Source of the DNA: an uncultured Lachnospiraceae bacterium
GTDB lineage: Bacteria > Bacillota > Clostridia > Lachnospirales > Lachnospiraceae
Assembly (NCBI GenBank): GCA_934339365.1
Contig: CAKRHW010000004.1
Coordinates: 36,148 to 100,147, forward strand
Direction of reading: 5' to 3'
Length of the DNA: 64,000 nt
Below the pieces are notes generated by a model. The model had not been told where the DNA came from, did no database searches, and saw only the letters and a program-made list of their open reading frames with translations. The position numbers and the translations under genes are program-made. Position 1 is the first letter of the stretch, and each line of letters starts with the position of its first letter. Below are positions 55,142 to 63,563 of the stretch, in pieces.

Positions 55142-56260
55142 ATGAGTAATGTAACAGAATATAAAGATTTAGTTGCATTTCATCCAGGTTACTATATTGC
55201 AGAGATTCTTGAAGATATGAGGATAACTCAAGCTGAGTTTGCAACAAGATTAGGTACAAATACAAAAACACTGAGTTATTTGATTAATGGGCAGGCCAAT
55301 ATTTCGAATGATTTAGCTAAGAAATTATCTGTTATGATGGGAACGAGCGAAGAATTATGGTTAAATTTGCAAAGTTCTTATGACAAAAAACTAATTGAAA
55401 TTCAGAAACAAAAAGATTTTGATGAACAGATCGGTTTAGTTAAGCTTATTGACTATAAGTTTTTTGTTGATGTGGCAGGATTGCCTGCAACAAGAGTAAT
55501 TAATGAAAAAATAAGCAATTTATGTCAGTATTTAAAAGTATCCGATTTAAGGATTATGTTGACACCGGATTTTTTGGTAAATTACAGGACAGGAATTAAT
55601 TCAATAAATGAGAAGAATATAATTAATTCAAGAGCATGGGTGCAAACAGCAATTAATTTTTCACATACAATTGAAACTGAAGTATATAATGCAGAAAAAC
55701 TAAGATCTTTTTTGCCGGAATTAAGAAGTATGACAATTCAAAAACCTGAGATTTTTCTGCCGAGAATGCGCCAGATATTTGCAGAGTGTGGAATTGCTTT
55801 TGTTTTATTACCGAATTTAAGAAATTCAGGAGTTAACGGAGCAGTAAAATGGCTAAATGAAGATCAGGTTGTTCTAGCTATGAATAATAGACGACTTGAT
55901 GCGGATATTTTTTGGTTCTCTCTTTTTCATGAGATTAAACATGTGCTTCAGAAGAAAACGAAAACAACATTTATAAGTTATACAGAGAATGAAATGATAG
56001 AAGTAAATAAAAAATTAGAAGATGATGCAGATAAATTTGCAAGTAATTATTTAATTCCTTCAGTTGAATTGCGAAAGTTTGCACCATCTAAATATACTTC
56101 AGACGATGAAATAGTTCGATTTGCAAATTACATAGGAATTCATCCGGGAATTGTAGCTGGAAGGCTACAGCATGATGGAATTTTGCCACTTAATAGATGC
56201 TCGAAATTAAAGGAGAAATATCATATTGATCTTGGCAAAAGGTATAGAAGATTAAAGTAA
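55142..56260 (+). CDS. HigA-like HTH antitoxin domain fused to an ImmA/IrrE-type zinc metallopeptidase domain
   Basis: The N-terminus is FHPGYYIAEILEDMRITQAEFATRLGTNTKTLSYLINGQ. The C-terminus has HExxH (SLFHEIKHVL). Confidence 0.75.
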   Translation: MSNVTEYKDLVAFHPGYYIAEILEDMRITQAEFATRLGTNTKTLSYLINGQANISNDLAKKLSVMMGTSEELWLNLQSSYDKKLIEIQKQKDFDEQIGLVKLIDYKFFVDVAGLPATRVINEKISNLCQYLKVSDLRIMLTPDFLVNYRTGINSINEKNIINSRAWVQTAINFSHTIETEVYNAEKLRSFLPELRSMTIQKPEIFLPRMRQIFAECGIAFVLLPNLRNSGVNGAVKWLNEDQVVLAMNNRRLDADIFWFSLFHEIKHVLQKKTKTTFISYTENEMIEVNKKLEDDADKFASNYLIPSVELRKFAPSKYTSDDEIVRFANYIGIHPGIVAGRLQHDGILPLNRCSKLKEKYHIDLGKRYRRLK

Positions 56261-56331
56261 ATAAGATTAAATGTAACTACTGTAGGGGATATTTTTGGTT
56301 TATTACTACAGAAATTTGAAGGAGCAAGTAC

Positions 56332-56898
56332 ATGGAGATATTGGATATTGTTGATGAGAATGGGAATCCGACTGGTGATACGATAGAACGTAGTCTTGCA
56401 CATGCAAATGGTGTCAGACATAGAACTGTGCATATATGGATTGCAAGAAAGGTGATGGGAAAGTGGCAGGTGCTTTTACAAAAACGTGCCATGGCGAAGG
56501 ATTCCTTTCCGGGAAGGTATGATACATCATCAGCAGGACATATACAGGCAGGTGATGAACCGTTAGAATCGGCAATGCGGGAACTGAAAGAAGAACTTGG
56601 CATAGTTGCAACTCCCGAACAACTGCAATTTGCAGGCACATTCCGAATACAGTACGAAAAAGAGTTTCATGGTAAATTATTTAAGGATAACGAGATTGCA
56701 TTTGTGTATGTGTATTTAGAACAAGTAGAGATTGATAAGGTGACAGTTCAAGAGGAAGAACTAGAATGTGTAGAGTGGTTTGATTTGGATAATACCTACC
56801 AAGAGTGTCTGAAACATAATCAGAAGTTTTGTGCTCCTGTGAAAGGACTTGAAATTGCAAGGGATTATTTGATACATAAATATAACAAATTTCTGTAG
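56332..56898 (+). CDS. NUDIX hydrolase
   Basis: Nudix box GHIQAGDEPLESAMRELKEELGI. Confidence 0.85.
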   Translation: MEILDIVDENGNPTGDTIERSLAHANGVRHRTVHIWIARKVMGKWQVLLQKRAMAKDSFPGRYDTSSAGHIQAGDEPLESAMRELKEELGIVATPEQLQFAGTFRIQYEKEFHGKLFKDNEIAFVYVYLEQVEIDKVTVQEEELECVEWFDLDNTYQECLKHNQKFCAPVKGLEIARDYLIHKYNKFL

Positions 56899-57084
56899 TA
56901 TCAGTGGCCTTGCGGATATTACTTAATATTTTTCAAATTGTATACGCAATACAGATTGCCGAAAATGTCAGCGGCGTGGACTTGCTTTTGTATTTTTATA
57001 TATGGTGGATTTGCGTCTGGAACAAAGAATAAGTGGGCAGTATAAGAAATAAAGAATTCACTTTTTATGCACTCATATAATTTG

Positions 57085-57113
57085 TTGAAATAAAGGTGGC
57101 TGTGTTGTATACT
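57085..57113 (+). promoter_or_regulatory. Promoter of the RHH-antitoxin-PIN module
   Basis: TTGAAA - 17 nt - TATACT. Confidence 0.55.
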
Positions 57114-57150
57114 TATTACAAAGAAGAATATAGAAATGGAGTGTTAGCTT

Positions 57151-57480
57151 GTGTCTTCTACTACTGATAAAAAAGATAGTTTAAAAGAATATATGAGGAA
57201 AATTAAAGATATAAAATTAAGAGTTCCAGGGGAATATTTACAAACAATCAAGGTTCATGCAAAATCAAAGGGAATGAGTATGAATCAATTAGTAATTTTA
57301 TTACTTGAAAAGGATATGGGGATAGATATTGTTACAGTAGGGAACAAAACAAGCAAAAAAAGGATGAATAATTACATAAAAAAGAACAGCAGTTTCATCT
57401 CAAATTTTAAAGGAGGTATGACCTATGACAGCATTAAGACAGAGTGCCATAATGGAACTAGAAAAGATACCGGAAGATAA
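57151..57480 (+). CDS. Ribbon-helix-helix (Arc/CopG/HicB-C-like) DNA-binding protein
   Basis: IKLRVPGEYLQTIKVHAKSKGMSMNQLVILLLEKDMG. GTG start. The low-complexity tail overlaps the next gene. Confidence 0.5.
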   Translation: MSSTTDKKDSLKEYMRKIKDIKLRVPGEYLQTIKVHAKSKGMSMNQLVILLLEKDMGIDIVTVGNKTSKKRMNNYIKKNSSFISNFKGGMTYDSIKTECHNGTRKDTGR

Positions 57481-57649
57481 ATTATCATTTATCATACAGA
57501 TTATGCAGGGGGTAAACGGATTATACAATGATTCTAATGAGGAAAGGAAAGAGGCTTTTACAAGATTAGAACAGTTACGCAAAAAGGGAACTGTTATCGA
57601 TGATGTAGCAGAATTAGCTTCTTACAGGGAAGATAAATATGGTAAGTAA
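57425..57649 (+). CDS. Putative type II antitoxin (74 aa) of the PIN toxin
   Basis: AGGAGG RBS. It overlaps the PIN gene start. Small and acidic. Confidence 0.55.
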   Translation: MTALRQSAIMELEKIPEDKLSFIIQIMQGVNGLYNDSNEERKEAFTRLEQLRKKGTVIDDVAELASYREDKYGK

Positions 57650-58052
57650 AATTTTGATTGATACTAATGTATTACTTGATTATCTTCTTGAAAGAGAACC
57701 GTTCTTTGATGATGCAAAGAAAGTAATCCTGTCATGTATCGAAGGAAATACAAAAGGTTGTATTGCAGCTTATTCTGTTTCTAATATGTTCTTCATATTA
57801 AGGAAGGATTATACGGCAAAGGAACGACGAGAAATATTATCAAAACTATGCACAATCTTTGATGTAGAGGGCATAGATAAAGCAAAATTATTATCTAGTC
57901 TTGCTAATGCAAAGTTTTTGGATTTTGAGGATTGTTTGCAAATGGAATGCGCAAAAAGTTATGGAGCAGAATATATTGTGACAAGGAATGTGTCGGATTA
58001 TTTAGTATCAGAAGTAAAGGCAATTCTGCCGAGTGAATATTTAGGACTATAA
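57639..58052 (+). CDS. PIN-domain ribonuclease toxin (VapC-like)
   Basis: ILIDTNVLLDYLLERE at the N-terminus, later acidic residues (FEDCLQ, VTRNVSD), 137 aa. Confidence 0.75.
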   Translation: MVSKILIDTNVLLDYLLEREPFFDDAKKVILSCIEGNTKGCIAAYSVSNMFFILRKDYTAKERREILSKLCTIFDVEGIDKAKLLSSLANAKFLDFEDCLQMECAKSYGAEYIVTRNVSDYLVSEVKAILPSEYLGL

Positions 58053-58160
58053 TAACAAGGCACCAATGTAAAGAATTCATTCCATATGGATAATATTATG
58101 GAAGGTTGTTAGCATACGGGAATAGTTCGTGGGTGCTTTTCGTTTGGAGGGAAAATAGAA

Positions 58161-59048
58161 ATGGCATACGGAAAAATGATAGAATTGTTTCTAGTAAATG
58201 GAAGTGCAGACAGTTTAATAACAGCGGAATTATCTAATTGGAATGGTAAGGCAATCAAGATACCTCGTATTGAGGTGGCAGCTTATAACAGAGATGATAT
58301 AACACAGGCTGGAGTTTATTTTCTATTCTGTAAAGAGGAAGATGGCTCTGATTCCGTTTACATTGGAGAGGCAGAAAATGTTAAAGATCGCTTGGTACAA
58401 CACTTGCGTGATTACCAAGCCGAAAAAGAAAAATATTATTGGACAACAGCGGTAATCTTTATTGGCAGAGATTTGAATAAGGCATTAATTCGATACTTAG
58501 AGAATCGTTTTGTGGAAATAGTAAGAATCTGTAAGAGATATACTGTACTTACAAAGAATACATATAAGAATACAGTTATGAAAGAATCGCAGATTGCTGT
58601 TATGGAGGAGTTTATTGATAATGTTAAGATTCTCATTAGTGCATTGGGATATAAGGTTCTTGAGCCGCTAAATAAACCAATAGCCGGTATAAAAGAGAGT
58701 GAAAATGATTCTGATATAGAAGATTTGAGTCTTCATTTGGAAAGAACAATTAAAGACTTGGGAAAAGTTGAGGCAGATGGAGTCCGTACTTCAGAGGGGT
58801 TTGTGGTATTGCAGGGAAGCCATATTGCTATTATGGATGATAATACAATTCCGGCTGTTCTAAAAGAACAGAGAAGAAAAGCCAATGTTATTGATGGGGT
58901 ACTTCAGGAGGATATTTTATTTTCAAGTCCATCATATGCTGCGATGTTTGTTATCGGAAAGAGTGCAAATGGTCTGACTAGTTGGAAAGATGATGAAGGA
59001 CATTCACTTAAGGAAATAGAGAATAGCGAAACGACAGAAGATAAATAA
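58161..59048 (+). CDS. GIY-YIG nuclease domain protein with a DUF4357-like C-terminal domain
   Basis: GVYFLFCK....VYIGEAENVKDRLVQH....YLENRF is the GIY-YIG pattern. The C-terminus is GVRTSEGFVVLQGS...FSSPSYAAMFVIGKSANGLTSWKD. Confidence 0.7.
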   Translation: MAYGKMIELFLVNGSADSLITAELSNWNGKAIKIPRIEVAAYNRDDITQAGVYFLFCKEEDGSDSVYIGEAENVKDRLVQHLRDYQAEKEKYYWTTAVIFIGRDLNKALIRYLENRFVEIVRICKRYTVLTKNTYKNTVMKESQIAVMEEFIDNVKILISALGYKVLEPLNKPIAGIKESENDSDIEDLSLHLERTIKDLGKVEADGVRTSEGFVVLQGSHIAIMDDNTIPAVLKEQRRKANVIDGVLQEDILFSSPSYAAMFVIGKSANGLTSWKDDEGHSLKEIENSETTEDK

Positions 59049-59127
59049 TCTTTTTGCAATTCGTTTTTGGCAAAAGAAATCTTGATACAAACTGAAAAAA
59101 TGTGCATATTATACTGGTATAAGACTA

Positions 59128-59163
59128 GGTCAGGAAGCGTACGACGCCCTGACCATTTTTTTT
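59128..59163 (+). terminator. Terminator-like hairpin in the decayed intergenic region
   Basis: GGTCAGG - 13 nt - CCTGACC followed by ATTTTTTTT. Confidence 0.5.
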
Positions 59164-59178
59164 AGGGAGATACATTGG

Positions 59179-59297
59179 ATGAAGGAATTTAAAAATTTTA
59201 ATTAGCAACTTACAATACTTCGTAACCGAGGAATGATTGTACCTACAAATGGTAGCCCCAATATGAATGCCTTACAAAATTTTATCAGCATGTCTTA
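59179..59297 (+). pseudogene. N-terminal remnant of an Abi_2 (AbiD/AbiF-like) abortive-infection gene, with an in-frame stop
   Basis: MKEFKNFN*QLTILRNRGMIVPTNG.. resembles the conserved Abi_2 N-terminus (..eQielLksRGlii..). It is truncated after about 39 codons. Confidence 0.4.
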
Positions 59298-59373
59298 AAA
59301 TTCTTACATATTTTGTGCAGAGGTAGTATTTTATAAATAAGAATTGCGGTGGATATTTTCGGATTATACCTGG

Positions 59374-59402
59374 GAGAACCTGCTGCGTCGGGTTCTTTTT
59401 TT
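59374..59402 (+). terminator. Terminator-like hairpin
   Basis: GAGAACC - 9 nt - GGTTCTT followed by TTTTTT. Confidence 0.5.
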
Positions 59403-59666
59403 GCAAAATTCAGTAAATAATCCTTGGGAGTAAGAAGTATATTTATTATTATAACAATGGAGTAAGATGGTGTTTGCATTTGCAGATATAGTGTTCCAAA
59501 TAACGGAATAATATCGCAAGATTTGATTGACTTGGTTCTTCGTGAAAAATGTTTTGATGGAAAGAGCTTTTAAGAAATTGTCATTTCAGAACATTTGATA
59601 AAATTCCCATAACCCTTTACAAAACAGGGCATTCCGGGGCAAAACAAGGAGAAACAAAACAATGAA

Positions 59667-59695
59667 TTGAAAAGAAAATATTGATGAAGTATAAT
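59667..59695 (+). promoter_or_regulatory. Near-consensus promoter in front of the SIMPL-to-MazG cassette
   Basis: TTGAAA - 17 nt - TATAAT, about 78 nt before the ATG at 59773. Confidence 0.7.
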
Positions 59696-59772
59696 TTTTG
59701 TATAGCCATTTGTTGTAAAATAACAATATCAAATTAATAGATATAAATAATGACGAAACAAGGAGGATTGAC

Positions 59773-60399
59773 ATGGGAAAACTTACAATTGAAGGAAAAG
59801 CAGAAAAAGAATATGATTATGATTTGATGGAAATAACAGTTCGCTTTCAAGTGCATGAAAAATCATCTGCATACGCAATAATGAAAGTGACAATGCAATG
59901 CGAAGAGTGTTTATCTATTTTAAATGAACAGGGAATTTCTATGGACAATATCAGGATAGGAGAAGATTCAGTTGAACAAGAATATAGGAATGATAAATTG
60001 AATGTTACTGCAACAAGAGAAATTTCAATGAGACTGCCGTTTGATACAGGATTTTCTAATTATTTTATGGAACTTATTCGGGAAAAAGAATATGAGGTAG
60101 ATCTTGATATCAATCCACGTCTTTCTAAGAATAAAGAGATAAATGATGAACTTCTTAAACTGGCCATAGAAGATTCAAAAAATAAAGCAACTTTCATTGC
60201 AAATGCAATGAATCAGAAAATTACAGGAATAGATTCAGTTAAAATAATAGATAGGTGCTATGAAGGTGAAATTGATTATATGTGTTTAGATCAAGCGTAT
60301 GGTATTATTCCGCCAGGTAATTTACGTTTTTCTAATCAGTTAAAAGCACCAATAACCACAAAAACAGCATCTGTTGAAGTGGTATGGATTATTGAATAG
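59773..60399 (+). CDS. SIMPL (DUF541)-like protein without a signal peptide
   Basis: The N-terminus is GKLTIEGKAEKEYDYDLMEITVRF. The C-terminus is ...KATFIANAMNQKITGI...., about 200 aa. There is no hydrophobic leader. Confidence 0.55.
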   Translation: MGKLTIEGKAEKEYDYDLMEITVRFQVHEKSSAYAIMKVTMQCEECLSILNEQGISMDNIRIGEDSVEQEYRNDKLNVTATREISMRLPFDTGFSNYFMELIREKEYEVDLDINPRLSKNKEINDELLKLAIEDSKNKATFIANAMNQKITGIDSVKIIDRCYEGEIDYMCLDQAYGIIPPGNLRFSNQLKAPITTKTASVEVVWIIE

Positions 60400-60471
60400 A
60401 TTATGGCGGAAATGAATATCAGTGGAAAAGATAGCAATTTATATGTACAAAAAAATTGGGAGGATGATGCT

Positions 60472-60675
60472 ATGTCAGAAAAAATCGTGTACAAAGTTCC
60501 AGAGGAAGTAAGAAAACAAAGTATAGAAACCTTAAAAGTACGTAAGAGTACATTGGATTATTTGCGTGAAAATGGATTTAAAACCATTGATGATATAATT
60601 GAAAGGCAAAAGGATATTCCTGTAGAATTCAGAGGAAATATCTATGCATATCTTATGTTTGGAATAGAAGATTAA
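60472..60675 (+). CDS. Small protein with an RpoA-CTD-like helix-hairpin-helix motif
   Basis: IETLKVRKSTLDYLRENGFKTIDDII resembles the L.VR..N.L...GI.T...L motif. GGGAGGA lies 7 nt before the ATG at 60472, and the ORF could also start at 60403. Confidence 0.45.
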   Translation: MSEKIVYKVPEEVRKQSIETLKVRKSTLDYLRENGFKTIDDIIERQKDIPVEFRGNIYAYLMFGIED

Positions 60676-60780
60676 AGGATGGTTTAGTAACTAAACTAAT
60701 TAGATGGTTAATGAATGAGAGCATGACGCGTATGTTAGGTTCAGATGCAATATTCTATTTGTAACATGAAGAAATAAGGA

Positions 60781-62571
60781 ATGTACTTAAAATATATAAC
60801 AAAAGAGAGGTTGGCGAAAGTGTGTAGTGTGGCAAAACCAATTATTAAACAAATTAGAGATAGTCGAGAAGCATTGGACTTCTTTGAGACAGTATCATTG
60901 CCTGCAGAGGATGAGAAAACGCAGGCTATTATAATGAATTTTCCTACAGTTTATATTCATAATTGGCAGGATTCTGGAGCATTTGAAGTATATGTTGGGG
61001 AGACAAATAATATTTTTAGGAGAACACGACAGCATTATGATGCTGCTTTAAATTAACCAGGATGGCGAAGTAAATTGTTGAAAAAAGATGCAAGTCTTTT
61101 TATTATAGGTCATGAACATTTCAATAAATCGTTAACGCTCGATATAGAGAATCGCTTAATGCATTATATGATGAGCGTAGAGCGTGTGAAACGTGTATAT
61201 AATTTAAGAGATAATCCGCAGACAAGTTATTACCCCATGGAAGAATTTGATGAAATATTCAGCAAAATTTGGAGAGGACTCAGAAAAGAAAATAAGGATT
61301 TATTTCCGACAGAAAGTGCAATAAAAGATTCAGCAATATATAAAGCGTCACCACTTCATAAACTAACTAAAGAACAGGAAAGGGCAAGGGAACTTATTGT
61401 CAAAAAAGTTTCTGAGGCACTTGAAAAAGAAGAGACGAAGCAACTAATTTTTATTGATGGTGAAGCTGGAACGGGAAAGACTGTTTTAACTAGTAGTACA
61501 TTTTATGAATTATATTGTCAGGCAGAGGAGAGTAATAAAGAATTAAAATGTCAGTTGTTGGTTAATCATGGTGAACAGATTATAGTATATGAGCAAATAG
61601 CAGAGAAACTTGGGTTGACAGAAAAATACGGGAAGGTTGTTAGTAAACCTACGACATTTATCAATAATCATTCGGAAAATAATCCTATTGATGTGGCATT
61701 TGTTGATGAAGCACATTTGCTTCTTACACAAGGAAAACAGTCATATCGAGGCGAAAATCAGTTGAAAGACATTATAGATAGAGCTCGTGTAACGGTGGTA
61801 ATGTTTGATGAAAATCAGATTCTCACAACGGAGCAGTTTTGGGAATCCCAGATTCTTGAGAAGTACAGAAAACAAGCAAAAGCGGGAAATAATCATATTG
61901 CATTATATAAGCAGCTTCGAATGCAGGTAGATTCTGCAACAATGGATTGGATTGATTCCTTTACAAAAGAGAGATGCTTAAAGAAAATTCCTGATACATT
62001 GGGTGGATATGACATCAAGGTATTTGATAAGCCTGAATTGCTTGATGGGGAGATTCAGAAAAGAGCAAAAGAAAGTAATTCGATATTATCAAGAGTGATT
62101 GCAACTTATGATTGGGAATATAGCTCAAATCATAAACCAGAGGATAGGCTTATGAGGTATTGGGAAGTACTGATTGGAAAATGGCACAAGCCTTGGAATA
62201 GGGAGTTGGAGTCCGAACTTACAAGAAAAGAAAAAAAAGCTATCAAAGGATTAGCGTGGGCTGAACAACCGCAAACGATAAATGAAGTTGGTTCAACGTT
62301 TACAATTCAAGGATTTGATCTCAATTACGCTGGAGTTATTCTTGGACCATCGGTGAAATATCGTAATGGAAAGGTAATATTTGATCCTTCGGAAAGTTGT
62401 AATGAGAAGGCAATTCGAAATAGAACATTATCTGATGGAACAAAACAGAAATTTGGTGAAATACTGATTCAGCATGAAGTGAGAGTCTTAATGACACGAG
62501 GAGTTAATGGAATGTATATTTATGCCTGTGATCCGGAACTTCAGAAAGCATTATTAGAAGCAGCAAAATAA
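60781..62571 (+). pseudogene. GIY-YIG nuclease + DUF2075-type P-loop ATPase, a single reading frame interrupted by one in-frame TAA (61054-61056)
   Basis: ORFs 60781-61056 and 61075-62571 are in the same frame. The GIY-YIG elements straddle the stop (TVYIHNW...FEVYVGETNNIFRRTRQH | ...LFIIGHEHFNKSLTLDIENRLMHY). Walker A is IDGEAGTGKT and Walker B is AFVDEAHLL. The C-terminus is QGFDLNYAGVILG and VLMTRGVNGMYIYAC. Confidence 0.7.
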
Positions 62572-62587
62572 AGGAGTAAGTTTAATT

Positions 62588-62908
62588 ATGAAGCAAGAAA
62601 CAATAGATAGAATTAGAAAATTTACAGAGGACAGAGATTGGGAGCAGTTTCATTCGCCAGCAAATCTTGCAAAATCAATCGTAATTGAGGCGGCAGAGTT
62701 ATTGGAGTGCTTCCAGTGGTCTGATGAAGAATATGATCTGCAGCATGTCAAGGAGGAGTTGGCGGATGTTTTAGTTTATAGCCAGAATCTGCTTGATAAG
62801 CTGAAACTGGACGCGGATGAGATCATAAGTATGAAGATGTCACAGAATGAAGCAAAGTATCCGGTAGAAAAGGCAAAAGGGAGTGCGGTCAAGTACAATC
62901 AGTTGTAA
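62588..62908 (+). CDS. MazG-like nucleotide pyrophosphohydrolase (small all-alpha NTP-PPase)
   Basis: RDWEQFHSPANLAKSIVIEAAELLECFQW....EELADVLVYS carries the EXXE and EXXD metal motifs. It starts 17 nt after the DUF2075 gene. Confidence 0.75.
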   Translation: MKQETIDRIRKFTEDRDWEQFHSPANLAKSIVIEAAELLECFQWSDEEYDLQHVKEELADVLVYSQNLLDKLKLDADEIISMKMSQNEAKYPVEKAKGSAVKYNQL

Positions 62909-63079
62909 TAGTGGAGAAGGAAAAGGAGTTATAAGAAGATGATAAAAGTCTCATATCGTCTCATAAGCCTCGTTTTTAAGCGTTTTTTGTGCTTCAGTCT
63001 CAAATTTACCAAAGATTTACCAATATTTCTGGAGAGCCAGACTTGCAAAAAAATGAGCCAGAATGAGGAGATTAAAAAC

Positions 63080-63457
63080 ATGAGCGAATTGAAACCAAGA
63101 ATAACAGAAAACGGAATTGATTATATCCTTGTCGGAGATTACTACATCCCGGATTTGAAGCTGTCGGAAGAACACCGCCCCATCGGAAAGTATGGACGGA
63201 TGCACCGGGAATATTTAAGAGAAGTCCACCCAGCCAGATTGAACACATTGATACTGACCGGAGAATTGTGGACATATCTTGCAGACCTGAACGAACAGGC
63301 ACAGGAACGGTTAGACACTATCATGGAGCAAATGAAAGCTGCCGAGGGCGTGACCGAGGACTTGAAGCGTACCCGTCAAATGGAATGGGTGCAACGGTGC
63401 AATAATATCCACAACCGGGCAGAAGAAATTGTTTTGCATGAGATGATTTATTCATAA
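63080..63457 (+). CDS. tnpV: TnpV-family protein (accessory gene of clostridial mobilisable/conjugative transposons)
   Basis: RPIGKYGRMHREYLREVHPARLNTLILTGELWTYLADLNEQAQERLDTIMEQMKAAEGVTEDLK...MEWVQRCNNIHNRAEEIVLHEMIY closely matches my recollection of the TnpV family sequence. GAGGAG lies 9 nt before the ATG at 63080. Confidence 0.8.
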   Translation: MSELKPRITENGIDYILVGDYYIPDLKLSEEHRPIGKYGRMHREYLREVHPARLNTLILTGELWTYLADLNEQAQERLDTIMEQMKAAEGVTEDLKRTRQMEWVQRCNNIHNRAEEIVLHEMIYS

Positions 63458-63563
63458 CGGTATGATAGAATGATTATGACAAATCGGAATTAGGATATAA
63501 TAGAATATGTGATTTTGTCGTTCGACAACAAATTTTCAAGGAAAAAATAGAAAGGATACAAAC

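Noticed and set aside
58053-58160. Possible long-loop hairpin (AAGGCACC ... GGGTGCTTTT) as a terminator after the PIN gene
   Set aside because: The stem is short and imperfect and the loop is about 60 nt, so it is not convincing.
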